A stretch of DNA of 64,000 bases from Macrostomum lignano (lineage: Eukaryota), in assembly GCA_002269645.1 (NCBI GenBank), contig NIVC01001153.1, positions 76,912-140,911 on the forward strand, in the 5' to 3' direction. The notes under the pieces were generated by a model, which did no database searches, was not told the DNA's origin, and worked only from the letters and a program-made list of their open reading frames with translations. A program made the position numbers and the translations under genes. Positions 59,440 through 64,000 of this stretch are shown here, in pieces (position 1 is the stretch's first letter; each line of letters begins with the position of its first letter).

Positions 59440-59670
59440 GTTAAGAGACCGCCATTTTTGGCGCCTCAATAGGCCAGATGACGTCATCCGACACCAATCT
59501 CACTCCGCGTAGGCTCGCAGCCAATCAGATTTTAGATGGCCAGTCGACAGTTTTAAAAGTCTCTCCCTCTCTCTCCCTAGCCCTCCCAGCCAATCAGATT
59601 TTAACTAGCCAGTCGACAGTTTGAAAAGTCTCTCCCTCTCTCTCTCCCTAGCCTTTCTCAGCCAATCAGA
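59440..59670 (-). promoter_or_regulatory. Promoter-like cluster: YY1-like CCGCCATTTT, CRE TGACGTCA, three GCCAATCAG boxes
   Basis: Motifs at ~59450, ~59478 and 59520/59589/59661; minus-strand donor GTGAGT at 59376. Confidence 0.45.
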
Positions 59671-61468
59671 TCTCGCGGGTCAGACAGGCTAGGATGATGT
59701 CGGCGTTGGCCACCTGTTGCCGCTTCTCCCGCTCGGCTGCGCCGGCCTCCGAGGTGTACCAGGCGTGGAACTGCTCGCTGGAGCGCCAGGCATCGATCAT
59801 GTAGTAACCGGGCGACCGCAGACCGCGCACCTTGTGCACCCGGCCGGTAGCCGCCACGCAGGGGAAGCCGCCTGCGGCGCGTACGCACTCGGCGTGACTG
59901 CCCAAGGTGTCGTTGCTCGGCCCGGCACCCTCGCGAACATCCAAGTCGATGATGGACAGGACAGGATAGTCTGGAGTGGATTTCAGCTTGGATGTATAAA
60001 CTTAACTAGGATATTTCTATTTTGCGTAATACTGAGTTTTTTAGCATCCCTGTATCCATATCCTATATTGGAAATTTCTTGTCAAAACTGGCTGGTGAGT
60101 TGTCGTGTGAGTCACAGCCAGGAGGACCAATCCTAAAGGCACAAATTGTGTACAAATGCTCGACAAGTAGAAGGCCAGGGCCGCTGTACACCCTCTGTGA
60201 GCGTGTCAAGGCTAACGGGGGATTTACGAGATATCAAGTCTTAGGTCGAAAGCTACATGTAATTTATTCAAACTTTTGTATTCCATTCTTTGTTGGTTCC
60301 CCAACGGGGGGCGCTGATTGCTAGTCCATATACTAAAAATGTTGGTATATAAGTTCAGGTCTCACCGGTAGGGATCGAGTTGCACAGCGGCACACAGTAC
60401 ATTTCCACCTGTTCAAGAAAGTCCTGAGCACGGAACACCGGATCGCTGGTGGTCCATTTGGCGCATTCGCGACCCTGCTCAAAGATGAGCACACCTAGGC
60501 CGTAGTTTTTCGGCCAGCAGCCTTCGATAGACTCAACCTGGTTAGACAGAAAGATGCTAAAATGAATTTTTGGGAGCGAAACCTGGAACTCAAGCAAAGT
60601 GACTCACCGTCTCGCAGTGGCCCAGCAGGTTGCCAGTGTACTGCTTCATCACGCTGGCCTGTCTAACGCAGGCGTTGCAGAAGTTTCGATGCAGGCTGCT
60701 CTGGAATCCAATGAGCACAGCGACACGGTCGCCACTCTGGCAGTCTTTTAAAGCGCTGGACTTCTGAAAGGCAATTTGGGGGGGGCAAGGATGATACTAA
60801 TGTGACGCTAATGATGATACTAATGTGACGCTAATCATGATACTAATGCGACGCTAATCATGATACTAATGCGACGCTAATGATTATACTAATGCGACGC
60901 TAATCATGATACTAATGCGACGCTAATCATGATACTAATGCGACGCTAATGATTATACTAATGCGACGCTAATCATGATACTAATGCGACGCTAATCATG
61001 ATACTAATGCGACGCTAATGATTATACTAATGCGACGCTAATCATGATACTAATTCGACGCTAATCATGATACTAATGCGACGCTAATGATTATACTAAT
61101 GCGACGCTAATCATGATACTAATGCGACGCTAATCATGATACTAATGTGACGCTAGTTATGATGCTAATGTGACGGTAAATATGAGACTAATTTGACGCT
61201 AATTATGAGACTAATTTGACGCTAATTATGAGACTAATGTGACGCTAATTATGATACTAATTTAATGCTAATTTTGATACTAATCAGGCGCTACTGATGA
61301 TACTAATTAGGTGATAATGATAACTATTAGGTGCCAATGATAACTAATCTAGGCGCCGATGATAACTATGAGCGTATTAATCATTGTTATCATTATCTAC
61401 AATCCAAAAGTGTCTGATTAAAATAACTAACATTCAAAAATCAGACTTCAGCTCACCTCGCAGCTCAT
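59666..61468 (-). CDS. Tandem DUF1330-like (dimeric alpha-beta barrel) protein, ~214 aa
   Basis: Exons 61468-61457, 60763-60608, 60537-60366, 59970-59666, phase-consistent. VMKQYTGNLLGHCETVESIEGCWP..LIFE..AKWTTS and VRAAGG..VHKVRG..YYMIDAWRSSEQFHAWYTSE each resemble the DUF1330 GG..VEVLEG.W...F.S..AWY.S pattern. Confidence 0.7.
60130..60210 (+). mobile_element. 3' fragment of the SINE family seen at 58068
   Basis: GTACAAATGCTCGACAAGTAGAAGGCCAGGGCCGCTGTACACCCTCTGTGAGCGTGTC. Confidence 0.5.
60790..61380. repeat. Intronic minisatellite, 23-bp unit ATGATACTAATGCGACGCTAATC
   Basis: Visible periodicity, decaying rightwards. Confidence 0.93.
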
Positions 61469-61994
61469 AATGTTCAGTAAACTGTCTTGAGCAGTGCAGG
61501 AAAATGAATCAGATTTAGTTGGAGTAACAGGCCACTGAGAAACGGTTAGCTCTGCTATATTTTAAACTGCTTGGCAGGCAAGTAGGCAATCAAAACGAGG
61601 CGCTTGGATGCAGAGAAGAGACGGTGATGGAGAGAGAGAGAAACCCAGACTACCACACCCAATGCACTTAGGTACGTTTAACGCCAGCGTCTCTCCCATC
61701 TCTGCCTCAACTCTCTCTCTCTCCCCCTCTCTCTCTCTCTGTATCGTATACAAGAAGATGTGCAACGCCGTTTGGTATCCAATGACGACCAGATTTTTTT
61801 CAAAAGAACCCTTATTGCGTACAATGGCTTTGAAATTTTCTTAACGCTCATGAAATCTGTTCGTTCGGACTACTAAAGACGAAGGAAAAATAAAAACATT
61901 GAAAGATTTCTCTTTGCCTAAGCTATTCAAAATAACTTAGCCTTTAATAAATAATGGAGATGCTTTTAAACTTAGCCTATGAGACAGTACAGCC

Positions 61995-62650
61995 AGATCC
62001 GGTGTCTATGATGTCCGCTGTATCAATGATGTCAGGTGTCTATGATGTCAGGTGTCTATGATGTCAGGTGACTATGATGTCAGGTGTCTATGATGTCAGG
62101 TGTCTATGATGTCAGGTGTCTATGATGTCAGGTGTCTATGATGTCAGGTGTCTATGATGTCAGGTGTCTATGATGTCAGGTGTCTATGATGTCAGGTGTC
62201 TATGATGTCAGGTGTCTATGATGTCAGGTGTCTATGATGTCAGGTGTCTATGATGTCAGGTGTCTATGATGTCAGGTGTCTATGATGTCAGGTGTCTATG
62301 ATGTCAGGTGTCTATGATGTCAGGTGTCTATGATGTCAGGTGTCTATGATGTCAGGTGTCTATGATGTCAGGTGTCTATGATGTCAGGTGTCTATGATGT
62401 CAGGTGTCTATGATGTCAGGTGTCTATGATGTCAGGTGTCTATGATGTCAGGTGTCTATGATGTCAGGTGTCTATGATGTCAGGTGTCTATGATGTCAGG
62501 TGTCTATGATGTCAGGTGTCTATGATGTCAGGTGTCTATGATGTCAGGTGTCTATGATGTCAGGTGTCTATGATGTCAGGTGTCTATGATGTCAGGTGTC
62601 TATGATGTCAGGTGTCTATGATGTCAGGTGTCTATGGTGTTAGGTGTCAA
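61995..62650. repeat. Minisatellite, 16-bp unit GATGTCAGGTGTCTAT, nearly perfect
   Basis: About 40 copies. Confidence 0.97.
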
Positions 62651-62858
62651 TTAATGAATTTACAATATATAAAAATAAAAAAACACCTAACTTCATGTTA
62701 ATGTAGGCTTTCAGTTATGAAAATTCGACATATTATACATTAATACATTGACCAAAGTTCAAAAGATAGACTACGGTGATTAGAAGATAATGTATTCTGA
62801 AAGCTGATAAAAGTTACAAAATCAAAATATTTTGTTCCGGCACATTAAAGCTTCCGTA

Positions 62859-63993
62859 TCAGGCTGCCAACAGAGCCACGACTGCAATCATATCTGCTAG
62901 GAGCAGTACGACAAGACACATCATTGGTCGGCCGTAATTAATCTCGCTTGCAGATGGTATTGCGGAAACTGGAATTTATGAAATGGTTGGAGAGACATTA
63001 TGTACTCGTAATATGATATGTTAGTTAATCGTGTGGTTATACAAAAGTGCCGCAAGCCGCTAAAAAAGGTTAGCACCAGTTTTTCTGTATTTATTCTCAA
63101 CCTACAATATTAAAATAAAGGTGTCTACCTGTGGTCACTGTATAGGGTCACTGTCTAGGGTCATTGTCTAGGGTCACTGTCTAGGGTCACTGTCTAGGGT
63201 CATTGTCTATGGTCACTGTCTAGGGTCACTGTCTAGGGTCACTGTCTAGGGTCACTGTCTAGGGTCTTGTCTAGGGTCACTGTCTAGTGTCACTGTCTAG
63301 GGTCACTGTCTAGGGTCACTGTCTAGGGTCACTGTCTAGGGTCACTGTCTAGGGTCACTGTCTAGGGTCACTGTCTACTGTCAATGTCTACGGTCACTGT
63401 CTACGGTCAATGTCTAGGGTCATTGCTTAGGGTCGCTGTCTAGGGTCATTGTCCAGGGTCATTGTCTAGGGTCATTGTCTAGGGTCACTGTCTAGGGTCA
63501 CTGTCTAGGGTCACTGTCTAGGGTCACTCTTTAGGGTCGCTGCCAAGGACCACTCACAGCAGCTCCTAGCACTGGCTAGCAGGCGTCGTCCAAATACAAC
63601 TGTTGCTGTCGTTGGCTCTTTCTCCTCTTCAATGCCGGCGGCTGCTTCATCCGCAGCTGGCAAGCAGCCGTCGCAGCAGAAGCTGGCTGAGTTCGCCGAC
63701 TTCCAATCGCTTTCGGTGTCGTCAAACAGCGAGCACCGACGCCGCGTCTGCTGGCCGGTCTCCGCTGCCGCCACGGACTCGACCAGGTGAACTAGCGGCA
63801 CCAGAGCCGATCGAATCAGTTGCGAACTGCACGAATGATCGTCCATTGAACGTCGCCTAGCAGCTGTTGGCATCGTCAGGACTGTCGGAGTTGCGACAAC
63901 TGCATCGACTTCTGGAGTCGATGACGGAGCCGGAGCCAAGGTGACACTGGCGCGACCGTTGGCGATAGACAAAGAAGTTGTCCGACATTGAGG
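62859..63993 (-). CDS. Last two exons of an unidentified gene with a C-terminal hydrophobic tail
   Basis: Exon 63993-63558 (acceptor TTCTAG, donor GTGAGT, phase 1) plus exon 62968-62859 encoding FSAIPSASEINYGRPMMCLVVLLLADMIAVVALLAA*. Confidence 0.55.
63125..63530. repeat. Intronic minisatellite, 13-bp unit CTAGGGTCACTGT
   Basis: About 30 copies. Confidence 0.95.
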
Positions 63994-64000
63994 CTAGAAA

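Noticed and set aside
63125-63530. Telomeric repeat
   Set aside because: Contains TAGGG, but the unit is 13 bp, not TTAGGG, and it is intronic

Overview
Intron-rich animal genomic DNA. Its style (GC3-rich exons, a different minisatellite in almost every intron) suggests a free-living flatworm such as Macrostomum; that assignment is inference only. I could build phase-consistent spliced models for about ten genes: a DNAAF8/Daap1-like ciliary gene head-to-head with PWP1, a small orphan secreted 6-Cys protein head-to-head with eIF3b, a frameshifted neprilysin-like fragment, EAPP, an orphan zinc-finger gene, a 4-EF-hand calmodulin-like gene, a tandem DUF1330-like gene, and the 3' end of an unknown gene with a hydrophobic C-terminal tail. 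Roughly 29% of the window (hand estimate, about 19 kb) is tandem repeat; most long ORFs in the ORF track are artefacts of these arrays. Mobile elements include a Penelope-like remnant with a nested hAT MITE, other hAT and mariner derivatives, a foldback element and tRNA-type SINEs. The most unusual observation is a hAT-type MITE family (two copies, each with a perfect 8-bp TSD) carrying a ~65-nt piece of 28S rRNA that spans the R2/I-PpoI target site. Other leads are one G-rich 31-bp minisatellite at four unrelated loci and RFX X-box-like arrays inside putative ciliary genes. I found no CRISPR array and no intact rRNA or tRNA gene.
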